A stretch of DNA of 63,052 nucleotides, the filler included, from Octopus bimaculoides (lineage: Eukaryota): assembly GCF_001194135.2 (NCBI RefSeq). It is 6 parts of 6 records of this genome, joined end to end, with 100 filler letters (N's around TTAATTAATTAA, not from the genome) between each part and the next. Parts side by side here need not be neighbours in the genome. Positions count along the whole stretch, not along the records: positions 39,833 to 59,401 come from NC_068995.1; positions 59,502 to 61,913 come from NW_026413835.1; positions 62,014 to 63,052 come from NC_068991.1; 3 more parts are not named here. One strand, given 5' to 3'. Below the pieces are notes generated by a model. It was not told the origin of the DNA. It saw only the letters and a program-made list of their open reading frames with translations, and did no database searches. The translations under genes and the position numbers were made by a program. Position 1 is the first letter of the stretch. Each line of letters begins with the position of its first letter. Positions 51,668-63,052 of the stretch are shown here, one piece after another.

Positions 51668-54610
51668 AGAAAGATATCCATTTTCCTCAAAGTTAGGAGG
51701 GAAAAACATCGGATCTTGTGAATTTTTCGAAGTCCTCTACCTACCCCCTCGGAAAAGATTTTCCCCACAAATTTCTTTATAATCGTAATCTATACCGCTT
51801 GAAAGGTATTTATATAAAATTTCATTAAAAAAAAAAATTCCTAAAAGTTATGAGGGAAAAATATAGGATCTTGTGAATTATCCGAAGACCTCTCCCCACC
51901 CCCGTTGCTTTCCGGGAATTTTTGTTTTCATATTTGTTTCCTACACCTTTTTTTTTTACACCCGTTGCACTATTTTTTTTTTCGTTCCCTAATTCCATTC
52001 GTATTAAAAAGAATTTCTTTCAACTCCACCATATTTACAATGTCCTATTATATATCTTTATCTCTTCTTTTATTCTGCTTGCGTAATTTTCAAAGGTGAA
52101 CTCCGCTACTGTACACCGCTTCTCTGTTAAGAAATATCGATTAGGGAACCAGCGCTGGAATGTATGTATGTATGTAGTGTCTGGTTTGTTTGTTGATAAG
52201 TTAAGCAAAATAAAGCACTCAAATGTATTACACTTGAGAGTTATGAATATTCTGTTAGTAGTAACTTATTTGCAGCAGATTGCTTAAGTTTCATGCTAGG
52301 AGAAAGTTACCTGGCTTATCTCAGATCAAGGTGTCGCCTACTTATTCTGAGAATATTCAGGTTTGTCCACAAAACAGTTACCGGTTTACGTGTTTTCTTT
52401 TTATTTTTTATTTTTTGAGAATATTGTGATTTGAGAGTAAAAGTTTGTTACTCCTGGATGGAGCTATAACAAACTGTTTGAAACCATAAGTTGTGTTCCT
52501 TACATTTCCAGCAGTTGCTTTATTTTAAAACATAAAATAATCATGTTCATTAAATGGAGAAAAATGTATTTTATAGGCATTCTATGTTGTACCAAATATA
52601 CTAAAGGATTTACGATTATTTCTGGCATATGCGCTGCCGTGGGTCTAAGAGTATTTGCATCTGGTGGGCGTGGTTTCCTGATATGCCCAAAATTGGAAGT
52701 GTGATCAAGTATAGGACTGTGTGTTATGTATGTGCATAGAGCAGGTTTCGTGTGTTATTCTAGTGCAACGGAGAGCTGGAGAAGTATAGTGTGATCATCC
52801 AGATGTAGGAGGTATTTTTTAACTGGATAAAAGAAACTTGTTTTGACAGATACAGCTACTAAAAATCTAAATTCTTTCTACTGTTCAGAGGCTGCAGTTC
52901 TTTGATCTATTCACATATGGTTTTGATGTTCACCTCTTTCAGGAAACAAATATTCACTCTCAAATAAAGTTTTTCTTTAAAAAATCACGCTCTACCAGTA
53001 GCAATTTTGTGATCAAACCTGGAGATTGCCAGATGTAAGCTAAGTCGTGTATCTTTCACCTTACATGAAACTTAAGAAATTTGTTGCAAACAAGATTCTG
53101 TATAAAATAATGTATGGGTGGATGGATGGATGGATGGATGGGTGTACGTCAGGTCGCTTGTGAGTGCTACTGGTAACATATTATCCAGTACAACCTGCTG
53201 CATGGTCGGGTCGACGGTGACTAAACTGGCAAGTCTACTAAGCCTGCTTCGTAAAGAGGGTGATTGTTCACCTTATAGGATGAAAGACAAAATTTGTCAA
53301 AGGACGTATGAAATCATTAAAGTCGGCGGTCATCCAACACGGTGTAAACAAGCTTAGCCCTGCTGATTCTTATGGACATTAGTAAATCCTGCAGCAATTC
53401 CTGCTGTAAATCATGCTAGTGACTTTGCTGCAGAAAGCACAGTGTCTGCGCAGAGAAATGACACATTTCCAACAATAGACAGGCACAACAGGTTCAGTCA
53501 TGAGAATGAGAATGTAGGCATGGTGTACAACATTACTATGAGTGAGTGATATCCGAGTCCTTGTTATGATATCACTCTTGGAGAAGGAAAAACTCTAGTG
53601 TAAAACCCGCGACTCGATGATAGCAAATGATGCAAACTAATTCTTCTTCTTGGGGTATCTGTCGTCGTTTTTCAGAGAATGTGGTTTAAAAAGCATCATG
53701 CACAGCCATCTAGACGCATGCGTATCGTCATCTTATACTATAGAAAGAATAAGTGGTCATCATGTGTGTGTGTGTGTGTGTGTCTGTGTGTGTGTGTGTG
53801 CGTGCGTGCGTGCGTGTGTGTGCGTATATGTATGTATATGTGTATGTATGTATGTGTGTATGTATGTGTGTGTGTATGTATGTGTGTGTGTATGTATATG
53901 AACATTTGATAGTTTTTCTGTATTTTGTTTTTTTCACATTCTCCTTTCAATACTCTTTTAAAATTTCATCCAAGCTTTGTTTTTTTATTTGTTTTTTGTT
54001 TTCTATTTATCTCCTTTTCACGTGTTTAACGTTTGATATTTAATAATTAATGTGGATTAAGATACCTCATAACATTTGATCGCTGAAATACTAAATTGAA
54101 ATTCAATACTTTCTACACGCGCGCGTGCACTTACATACAGAGACGTACATCAGCAACAACAAGAAAGCCTATGACAATATGACAATAAAAAGAATTTATT
54201 ATTTGCCCTTACAGTTAACATTAATTTTAATGCACTGATCAACTTCATATCCAGGGCTTCTTTCATTTGTGTTTAGAGCATACTGTCTAATTCACTCATT
54301 TCGTTCCTAAGTATTTGTGTCTGATTTTGTTTCTCTATCTAAGATGAAATTAACATTCTTAATTATTTTTTCTTACTTCATTAACTGCCTTAGCGCATTT
54401 TTAAAATCAGATTCCCATCTAACACCTGTCTGGTAAATTTGTATATTGTGTGTGGCAGTGTTTCTAGCGCTTTCTCATCAACAGTCTACAACTTTAAATC
54501 GTCCAAATACAAAAGATTGTTGATTGTTCTACCATGGTATTTGTAAGGAGTCCAGTTCGGTTTAATGTGTCAGTTAAATATATTAGCAGTTTACAGAAAA
54601 GGAATAGAAT

Positions 54611-54774
54611 GAGAGGATCTCTTTGGAATGAGATGAGATTTGTTACTCTTCATTTCACTGATGACAGATTTAATGTACATTAAATCTGTCATCAGTGAAA
54701 TGGCAAATAATTTTGCAAATATGCACAAAAAAATTATAAGAACAAATCTCATTTCATTCCAAAGAGATTCTCTC
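54611..54774. repeat. Nested foldback: 52-bp perfect spacer-less palindrome (54651-54702) inside 34-bp outer inverted arms (54611-54644 / 54741-54774)
   Basis: Inner centre taatgt|acatta. The outer arms differ at 2 positions, both G opposite T on the + strand. Confidence 0.9.
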
Positions 54775-54993
54775 TTTCTACTTTTTTGTATACCGCTAGT
54801 ATATTTAAGCGACACATTAAACCTAACTGGACGCTATCTCTCTCATGGTTAACATTTCCAGCGTTCATTCAAAAGGAACGCTATCAAAAGCCTTCTAGTC
54901 GTCAATCTACGCCATGCTCAAACCGTTTCTTTACCATCTAGAATTCGATTATGTATCAGTAATTTATTTTTACAGTCACATGATCCTTTGCAG

Positions 54994-55352
54994 CAATGGC
55001 TCTCAACGGGAGTCCACATGACTCCTGAGGGCCCATATAAGATTTTGGGGGGTCTACGCATCAAAATAATAAATACGGGATCCACAATAGAATTTAAAGG
55101 GCTCCTGAAGATATTTTGCTTTAAATGGGTGTATTGGTATGTATTGCAAGAAACAACTGAGTTTCTTTCTCTGACACTTTACATAGTTCAACCTACACAA
55201 GTGCATGTGTGAAAAACAAAATAGGAATTTTGAAAGAAATATCTATAAAACTAGTTTTTAAACATCGAATGTCGGTGGTGGGGTCCACCAGAATAAAATA
55301 GTAATCAAGTAATCAAAGGGGTCCATAGATAAAAAATGGTTAAGAACCCCTG
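54994..55352. mobile_element. hAT MITE with 8-bp TSD
   Basis: Ends caatggctctcaac / gttaagaacccctg. Flanks CTTTGCAG (54986-54993) and CTTTACAG (55353-55360) match 7/8. Confidence 0.8.
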
Positions 55353-55389
55353 CTTTACAGCATCTTTTTTGCTCTTCTAGAAATAGTGT

Positions 55390-55960
55390 TTTCTAGATAT
55401 TTACTTACTCTTTTGTTTTTGTATGTTGTAGGAAGGCAGTTTATGGTCTTTGAAGTTTTTAAGGTATGCTCTTGGAATTTAAGACGCTTTTTTTTTCTTC
55501 TTCCAGTGAACCATCAGGAACTGTTTCTGACACCGTCAGAATGTCAGTAAACCTCTCTACTAACACCTTATGTGCCCCAATTAAACATTTAATTCTAATA
55601 TTTTGAAATTATTTGGCTTGGGCAGGATCTGGTCTGCTTCACGTGTTATGACCTTACTTGCTCCAATGTTGTCTTCACTGTTTTGAGCAATTCCGTTACT
55701 ACCCACATTCCTTCCCTTTATATATCCTGCTGGTGGTGCTGCATAAGTTTTTATTTCATTTTTACTTACTCCTTGATAAAATTGTTTGGGGTTGGAGTCG
55801 AACAGGATGTTTTTACAAATAAATTTTATTGATGTTTCTACCGACGAATTCTTTACAAGTAAACAAAATCTCTTGTTTCAGACACTCATTTTCCACATAT
55901 CCTTTTATGTTACATTTTTATACTGTGTCACTCCCTTGATCAGTTGTATTGTTTCGTTAT
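55390..55960 (-). mobile_element. Degenerate Dong/R4-type LINE relic (region upstream of and into RT)
   Basis: Remnants NILFDSNPKQFYQ...NEIK...PP and ETVPD...TINCLPTTYK. Confidence 0.55.
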
Positions 55961-56699
55961 TGGTTTTTATTAAAGATTGCGAGATTTTTTCTCTAATTTT
56001 CTATATTTTACACTATATTTGTTTACCTGCATTGATATTATTCCGCTTAACCTGATGATATTGATGTTCGAACCAGTTAGTGGTGGTGGTGGTGGTGATG
56101 GCCACTTTTGCATTTTTATTGCTGTTGTTATTTCTTTGGGACCTACTTTCGTTGGATCATACGAGTGCTTCAGAATGCAATATTCTTGAACAAAATTCCA
56201 TGCATTTTTCTCCTTCAGTTTTATTTCCTGTTTTTCCTCATCTTTCTTTATTTCGGTGTTTATTGTTCCTTCTTTTTTCACAACTCTCAACATTTTCTTT
56301 CTTCTTTTTTTTTTCTTTTTTTTTTTTTCTTTTTTCCACTTTCTAACACAAACCTGTACAAATCGTGTTTCTGCATTACAACACAATCTTCAAAACTCAT
56401 ATTACATATTATCAGCTGCTTCTGGTTTTATCGTCAGTAGACTGTAGTTCACAACCATCCTATTCGTTAATACCTGCACTATATCGAATAACCGAGGCAG
56501 TGCGTGAACTGACAGTGTGATAACATTTCTGTCGTTCAAAATGCAGTTTTAAGTTTCTCAACCTTTACGTATACTGAAATATACTTCATTAAGTGTTGTT
56601 TTTCATTCTTGCCGAATTTCAAGTCATCGGTGTTTAATCGGCGATTAATGGTTTGTTACCTTTTTCTCATACCCTGTTTTTATCTTTGTAAAGATATCA

Positions 56700-57470
56700 G
56701 TTATAGGTACAAGGCTAATTTCAGATATCATAACGAGGGATTATCCGTTTGAAATATTCTTTGCTTCAACTTTATTTTTCCAAGTTTCTCATTGACCGGA
56801 ATGAGGTCTGTCTCCAAGTGCTCCAAACTGATTCTGAGGAATGATTTGATGTTATTGGCTGTTTTGAATATGCCTAAGAACTGGATGATCCTGGAATGCG
56901 GAACCATACCTAAATGCTTTTTTATAATCAATCTATGTTGCAACTGACCTATCTCTTCAATTGCAATTTCAATTGATTGTTTTATCGAAGAGGAGTTAAT
57001 GTTTCGTTGTTCTGCTTTTCTTTCGACAACCTTTCTGTTCTTCTGACAGCAGTTTGTTGGCTTTCAGATATTGGTGGATTTCTTGGGAGGTTATTCTGTT
57101 GACCAGAATAACCTCCCAAGAAATCTACCAAAGACAATGGACGTCTTCATTTTCTTGTTTTTGTCTTTCGTTATGAGCATTGTTGTTTCTTTATTTAATC
57201 AGATAGGGACAGAATTAGAGTTGAGGCTTTCATCAAATATTTATACCATCCTTAGATGTAGTGACTTCAAATCCTTTATCTTATGACCTTATTATACTTC
57301 GTTGTTTAGACTCCACGTCAACCTTAATCGAAAAGAGATACAGTCAAAGATGTTTCATCTGTGAACATCCTGTTTCTTTCGAGTTAGCCAATATTTCTTT
57401 GAGGAAATTTTTGCTCTTCCTTCTTTCAAAACACTCTCATATGATTTGAGTGAGATTTGGCTGATATTTT
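56700..57470 (-). mobile_element. Degenerate Dong/R4-type LINE reverse transcriptase relic
   Basis: Remnants LKSLHLRM, LNKETTMLITKD, MVPHSRIIQFLGIFKTANNIKSFLRISL, LGKIKLKQRIFQTDNPS resemble VPHSWII...IKRGIFQGDSLS. Confidence 0.7.
57071..57131. repeat. Hairpin with 28-bp arms and a 5-nt loop, inside the LINE relic
   Basis: ttggtggatttcttgggaggttattctg-ttgac-cagaataacctcccaagaaatctaccaa, with one G/T mismatch. Confidence 0.9.
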
Positions 57471-57831
57471 TATCTGATCGATAGAGTGATCGCGTAGACT
57501 CGTTCTCTCGCTTACTCTAGTGAAATTTATAATTAGGATTAGCAAATATATGAAGCGATTGATGGAAGGGGAAGTTGTGATATTCATACCATTCACGAGG
57601 GCAGTATTAGTTCAGTTAAGAGAAGAGAAAATAAAATCCTAGGATAGTTTCACTTTTCATTTAATTTTATTTTATTTTATTCCGCACGCATTCCTTACTT
57701 TCATTGAAGAAATAACATTTAACAGTTGCAGAGAGTCTGTAACGAGGTAAGAAAGTTTAAAAAGTTGAGCTGAATATTTTGGCAACTGAAGTAATAGTTC
57801 TCACTCATTCTTCACCACCAGCTCCACCATC

Positions 57832-57876
<45 letters not shown>

Positions 57877-58272
57877 TTTTTCCAACAGCAACGGCATCAG
57901 CGACGGCAGTTAAACAAAGCACAGGGGAAAAGAAAGAGAAGCAAGGGAGGGGGAGCATATCAAAACAAACATCGTGTTGTGATAGAACACATAGTTAACA
58001 ACGTATATCCATACCAACATTAGCTCCACCAGTTTCTTTTTTTCTTCTTTATCCTTTCTTAATCTGTCTATCTATCATCTAGCTACACACACACACACAC
58101 ACACACACATACACACACACGTATGTATGTATGCATAACAGATGGAGAGTAGGTGACTATTATTTACAAATTGAAACAAGATCTTGCGATATTTCTTTGA
58201 TGCGTACACACACACACATACATACACACACACATACATAATACACACACACATACATACATATATATATAT

Positions 58273-58500
58273 ATTCTTTTATTCTTTTACTTGTTTCAGT
58301 CAGTTATTTGACTGCAGCCATGCTGGAGCACCACCTTAAGGGGTTTTAGTCGAACAAATCGACCCCCAGGACTTATTTTTGTAAGCCTATTACTTATTCT
58401 ATTGGTTATTTTTGTCGAACCGCTAGTTTACGGGGACGTTAACACACCAACATCATTTGTCGAGTGATGGGGTGGGGGAAAACACACAAACACACACATA
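58273..58500 (-). mobile_element. Abundant octopus SINE 3' region (fragments also at ~2510-2570 and 61779-61913)
   Basis: ttctttattcttttacttgtttcagtc...gcagccatgctggagcacc...gtcgaacaaatcgacccc...gaaccgctag.ttacggggacgt.aacacacc. Orientation is inferred. Confidence 0.65.
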
Positions 58501-59726
58501 TATTATGTAATATAATATAAAATAATATAACAAACGAAAAAAAAATGATTCCTTCAAGGAGTGTAAAACACCCAATTCACTAGTACGGCAGTTGAATAAC
58601 ACAGAAGTAGGGGTATAAATACAAATTACAAATAATTAATTAGAGAAATACAACTGACAATCTAACAATTTATTACATTATAATATAATATAATATACTA
58701 CAAAATATAATATAAGGTAATATAACCAATTTAAAAAAAAAAACAAATGAAGCCAACAATTTGTTTCTACTTATATACATTATTTGATGTATAAACAATT
58801 CCTATCTATGCTGTGTATACAAGTCTCTTCAGGGCCTTGGTTCAAAAAGACAGACGGAATTCCATATAAAAGGACTGCCAGATTGCATAATACTGATTCA
58901 ACATACTTATGTTTAGGAGCGTGAGCGTTAACAATTCAAACGCATAAGTACCACAAAAAAAAGCAACAAAATTCAAATGGATAAAGTAATTAAATAAAGA
59001 AAATTTATAACGGTCATAAAATGTTTTTATATATCTTAATATATAAATCTGAAGTTGTGTGTCTGTGTGAAGCCTTTTTGAATGTTTATAGAAATCCACA
59101 TTTTCCACTTTTTCGTAAAAATTTTTGCATCAATGGAATTTTCTCGATGTGAACTTTCCAGTGCAGTAATTGGATTTTTAAAATTCCGTTTACTTTGTGT
59201 GATTTAAGGGAGATTTGGTTGTCGTTTCTAGCAACTTTTATATTTCATCCCTTCTACCTGGAACACCATTCTTACACACGCGCTCAACATAAAAATATAG
59301 AGAGTAAGAGTAAAAGAGGGAGAGGGAGGGAGAGAGAGAAAGTGATACATACAACGTCATAGATTAAACTTTCATCTCAGTATTCTTTACCTATTTTTCA
59401 TNNNNNNNNNNNNNNNNNNNNNNNNNNNNNNNNNNNNNNNNNNNNTTAATTAATTAANNNNNNNNNNNNNNNNNNNNNNNNNNNNNNNNNNNNNNNNNNN
59501 NATAAATAAATAAATAAATAAATAAGTAAATAAATAGAGATATAAGTACGGCTCTGTACAAATTCGTCAGGTAGCGATGTCTGCACGGATATCAGAGTTA
59601 AATAATGTCCTTATCCACATCTTCTAGAAGACATAAAACTTGAACGAAATTCTTGATTTCACATGAACTGATAAGAAGCAGCGTGCGTATAAATAAGGTC
59701 ACACATAGATACAAACTCTCTCTCTC

Positions 59727-59866
<140 letters not shown>

Positions 59867-59880
59867 TCTCTCTCTCTTTG

Positions 59881-59915
<35 letters not shown>

Positions 59916-60109
59916 TATACACACAAATGCACTCAATGCACATATATATATATATATATATTGATACATGAAAATACTTCGTGTAGGTTGAAACGATCGT
60001 TCTGATAGTCTTAAATAGAGCATAAAATTCTATATTTCTGACGTATACTGAGTACCAAATATTGAGGTTATCTGTTTCGATTGGACCAAATGCAACGAAA
60101 ATTATACTA

Positions 60110-60654
60110 CGAGGGTGGGTTAAAACGTAATGCCATTTTGTTTAGGACAGGTATAATTACCAACAGAGGAATATGTATCATGCATCAAAAAGAAGCTGGT
60201 CCTCTGTGGATCACATCCCTACTTCGCAACATAGTCCATGTTTCTCTCAATAGCAATGTTCCACCTTCGAATAAGAGTATGTATCCCTGCCCTGTAAAAT
60301 TCGCTTGACTGTTCTTTGACCAACTTCTTCACTACAAAGTCAAAGAGACAACACCTTCTTTCGAAGGCTCGTAACAGGTGATGAAACATGGGTTCATCAT
60401 TATGAACCGGAATCAAAGAGGCAGTCAATGGAATGGTGCCACTCTACGTCACCACCACCGAAAAAGTTCAAGACGCAAAAGTCAGCTGAAAAAAATCATG
60501 GCGACTATCATTTGGGATGCTCAAGGTGTCATTCTGGTCGATTTCTTGCCAAATGGAAAAATAATAAAGCTTCAATTTGATGTATGATACATGTTCTTGT
60601 GTTGGTAATTATACCTGTCTTAAACAAAATGGCATAACTGTTGACTCACCCTCG
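60110..60654. mobile_element. Rearranged, internally deleted mariner (DD34D) element, TA-flanked, 545 bp
   Basis: Inverted ends cgagggtg...caccctcg with TA at 60108-09 and 60655-56. The + strand gives DNTFFRRLVTGDETWVHHYEPESKRQSMEW...IMATIIWDAQGVILVDFLP. The - strand gives KEQSSEFYRAGIHTLIRRWNIAIERNMDYVAK*. Confidence 0.9.
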
Positions 60655-61299
60655 TATATNNNNNNNNNNNNNNNNNNNNNNNNNNNNNNNNNNNNNNNNN
60701 NNNNNNNNNNNNNNNNNNNNNNNNNNNNNNNNNNNNNNNNNNNNNNNNNNNNNNNNNNNNNNNNNNNNNNNNNNNNNNNNNNNNNNNNNNNNNNNNNNNN
60801 NNNNNNNNNNNNNNNNNNNNNNNNNNNNNNNNNNNNNNNNNNNNNNNNNNNNNNNNNNNNNNNNNNNNNNNNNNNNNNNNNNNNNNNNNNNNNNNNNNNN
60901 NNNNNNNNNNNNNNNNNNNNNNNNNNNNNNNNNNNNNNNNNNNNNNNNNNNNNNNNNNNNNNNNNNNNNNNNNNNNNNNNNNNNNNNNNNNNNNNNNNNN
61001 NNNNNNNNNNNNNNNNNNNNNNNNNNNNNNNNNNNNNNNNNNNNNNNNNNNNNNNNNNNNNNNNNNNNNNNNNNNNNNNNNNNNNNNNNNNNNNNNNNNN
61101 NNNNNNNNNNNNNNNNNNNNNNNNNNNNNNNNNNNNNNNNNNNNNNNNNNNNNNNNNNNNNNNNNNNNNNNNNNNNNNNNNNNNNNNNNNNNNNNNNNNN
61201 NNNNNNNNNNNNNNNNNNNNNNNNNNNNNNNNNNNNNNNNNNNNNNNNNNNNNNNNNNNNNNNNNNNNNNNNNNNNNNNNNNNNNNNNNNNNNNATATA

Positions 61300-61470
61300 T
61301 AGGTTAAAAAAAACACAAAAAAACAATAACAAAAAACAACAAAGTGAGGACGTGATACGGATAGTGTTATTGGACGCTCGGGAAGGGAAAGAGAGAGTGT
61401 ATGACGTTTCGGGCGGAGCCCTTCGTCGGAAAGATGGAAAGTTCGGAGAATGGAAAAACGGAGAAAGAGG
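61300..61470 (-). mobile_element. Short PLE-terminus-like repeat (family B) with hammerhead-like core, ending at (TA)n
   Basis: 61429-61403 reads CCGACGA-A-GGGC(UCC)GCCC-GAAA-CGUC. Downstream cccgagcgtc, a T-rich tract, then cc(TA). Confidence 0.55.
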
Positions 61471-62034
61471 AAAATGGTACCGATGCCCACGAGGTTACAT
61501 GTATGTATGGGTTATGCGGCTGAATTCGGTGCATACGACGAAACAATGTAAGCATTGATATCATGTTGAATTCCCCTTGGTTCGGCCCATCATTTTTCAC
61601 TCAGTTACTTGGGTTTAATCGCTTTAAATGGAGCATATATTATTACATAAATAATATATAGTTATAGTTATTATTTTTTAAAAATGTGTGTCGCTCTTCT
61701 CCATATTATTTGGGTTCGTTTACAAATTTATATATATATTTATATACACACACACGCACACACATATATATATACACGCCTTGAAGAATTTTTTGTCGAA
61801 TGATTCAACCGCACTTGTTATTTTTTAAAGCTTGCTACTTATTCTATCCCACCTTGCTGAACCGCTAGGTTATGGAGACGTAAACACATCAATACCGATT
61901 GTGAAGTGGTGGTNNNNNNNNNNNNNNNNNNNNNNNNNNNNNNNNNNNNNNNNNNNNTTAATTAATTAANNNNNNNNNNNNNNNNNNNNNNNNNNNNNNN
62001 NNNNNNNNNNNNNACACACAGACACACACACACA

Positions 62035-62069
<35 letters not shown>

Positions 62070-62255
62070 CCGCGCGCGCATCCCCCCACTACGCACATAT
62101 ATTGTAGAATGGTAGATAACATGTATATGTATATAAGTATATATACATATATTTATAAGCTTGTATGTATGTAAGTGTGCATGCATATATATATATATAT
62201 ATATATGTGAAGAGAGCTTAGAAACAGTGCAAGTGAGACAGATGCGCTTGTGCAA

Positions 62256-62301
<46 letters not shown>

Positions 62302-62599
62302 GTGTGTGTGTTAATGAGCAAGAGGGAGAAAGAGAAAGGAACATCCATAGAATTGTGACTATACTAACATTCATTGAATAAAAGGTGAGAGCTTTACAGC
62401 GTATTTCTAAAGAAACAGTAGGAAAATTTCCGTTATATACCGTTGTTAAAATACATACATACATACATACATGCATACATTGATACGCTCACACACACTC
62501 ACTCACATCCACTTATGTAGGTATAGATATATATATATGTGTACATATGTATATATATGTGTTCTGTGTGTATGTATATAAATGTGTGTGTATAAATAT

Positions 62600-62740
62600 A
62601 TCTCCGTATTCTTTCTGTTGAAGAGCGTAGCTCGAAACGTCAAAGACTTTCCGTATTCCCGAGCGTCATACTAATACATCCTTTTGTTATTTACACCACC
62701 TGTCCTCGTCTGTTGTTGTTTTTTCGTATATTCTCCCATA
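62600..62740 (+). mobile_element. Short PLE-terminus-like repeat (family A) ending at (TA)n
   Basis: Homologous to 11128-11345. Confidence 0.6.
62610..62646 (+). ncRNA. Variant minimal type-I hammerhead-ribozyme-like motif
   Basis: UCUUU-CUGUUGA-A-GAGC(GUA)GCUC-GAAA-CGUC-AAAGA. Stem I is 5 bp, stem III is the palindrome ACGU, and the cleavage triplet is GUC. Confidence 0.55.
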
Positions 62741-62953
62741 TATATATATATATATACTGTATATATATATATATCTATATATAAGCGTGTCTGTGTATAC
62801 AAATACATATGTAAAGACATACAATCACATTCATACATACTCATATGTATCTGCCTATCTCTCTGTTTGTCTGTCAGTCTGTCTGCATATGTATGTATCG
62901 ATCTATCTATCTATATAGATATATACATACACATACACACACACTCAGATATA

Positions 62954-62985
<32 letters not shown>

Positions 62986-63052
62986 ATAATTTTCCAGAGG
63001 AAAAAGTCTCTGTCTCTTTTGAATATGATAATTTAAAAGTTAAAAACCTTAT

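Overview
AT-rich, repeat-dense eukaryotic DNA. The SINE families and microsatellite load point to an octopod cephalopod (Octopus sp.); this is inference from repeat recognition, not a database hit. The window is a gappy short-read assembly split into six pieces by five artificial 100-bp linkers (N44-TTAATTAATTAA-N44), so adjacency across linkers is uncertain. No protein-coding host gene could be identified, and most ORFs in the track are microsatellite or N-gap artefacts. Supported features: one intact tRNA-Gly(GCC); many octopus tRNA-derived SINEs; a nest of Dong/R4-type LINE fragments in (TAA)n; a Penelope-like GIY-YIG fragment; Tc1/mariner relics; two hAT MITEs with 8-bp TSDs. The most interesting observations are four short (TA)n-anchored repeats carrying a covarying variant hammerhead-ribozyme-like motif, a recurring set of near-perfect foldback palindromes, a mariner derivative with two 3' ends, and an exon-like segment interrupted by a single editable UAG. 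None is proven novel from sequence alone.
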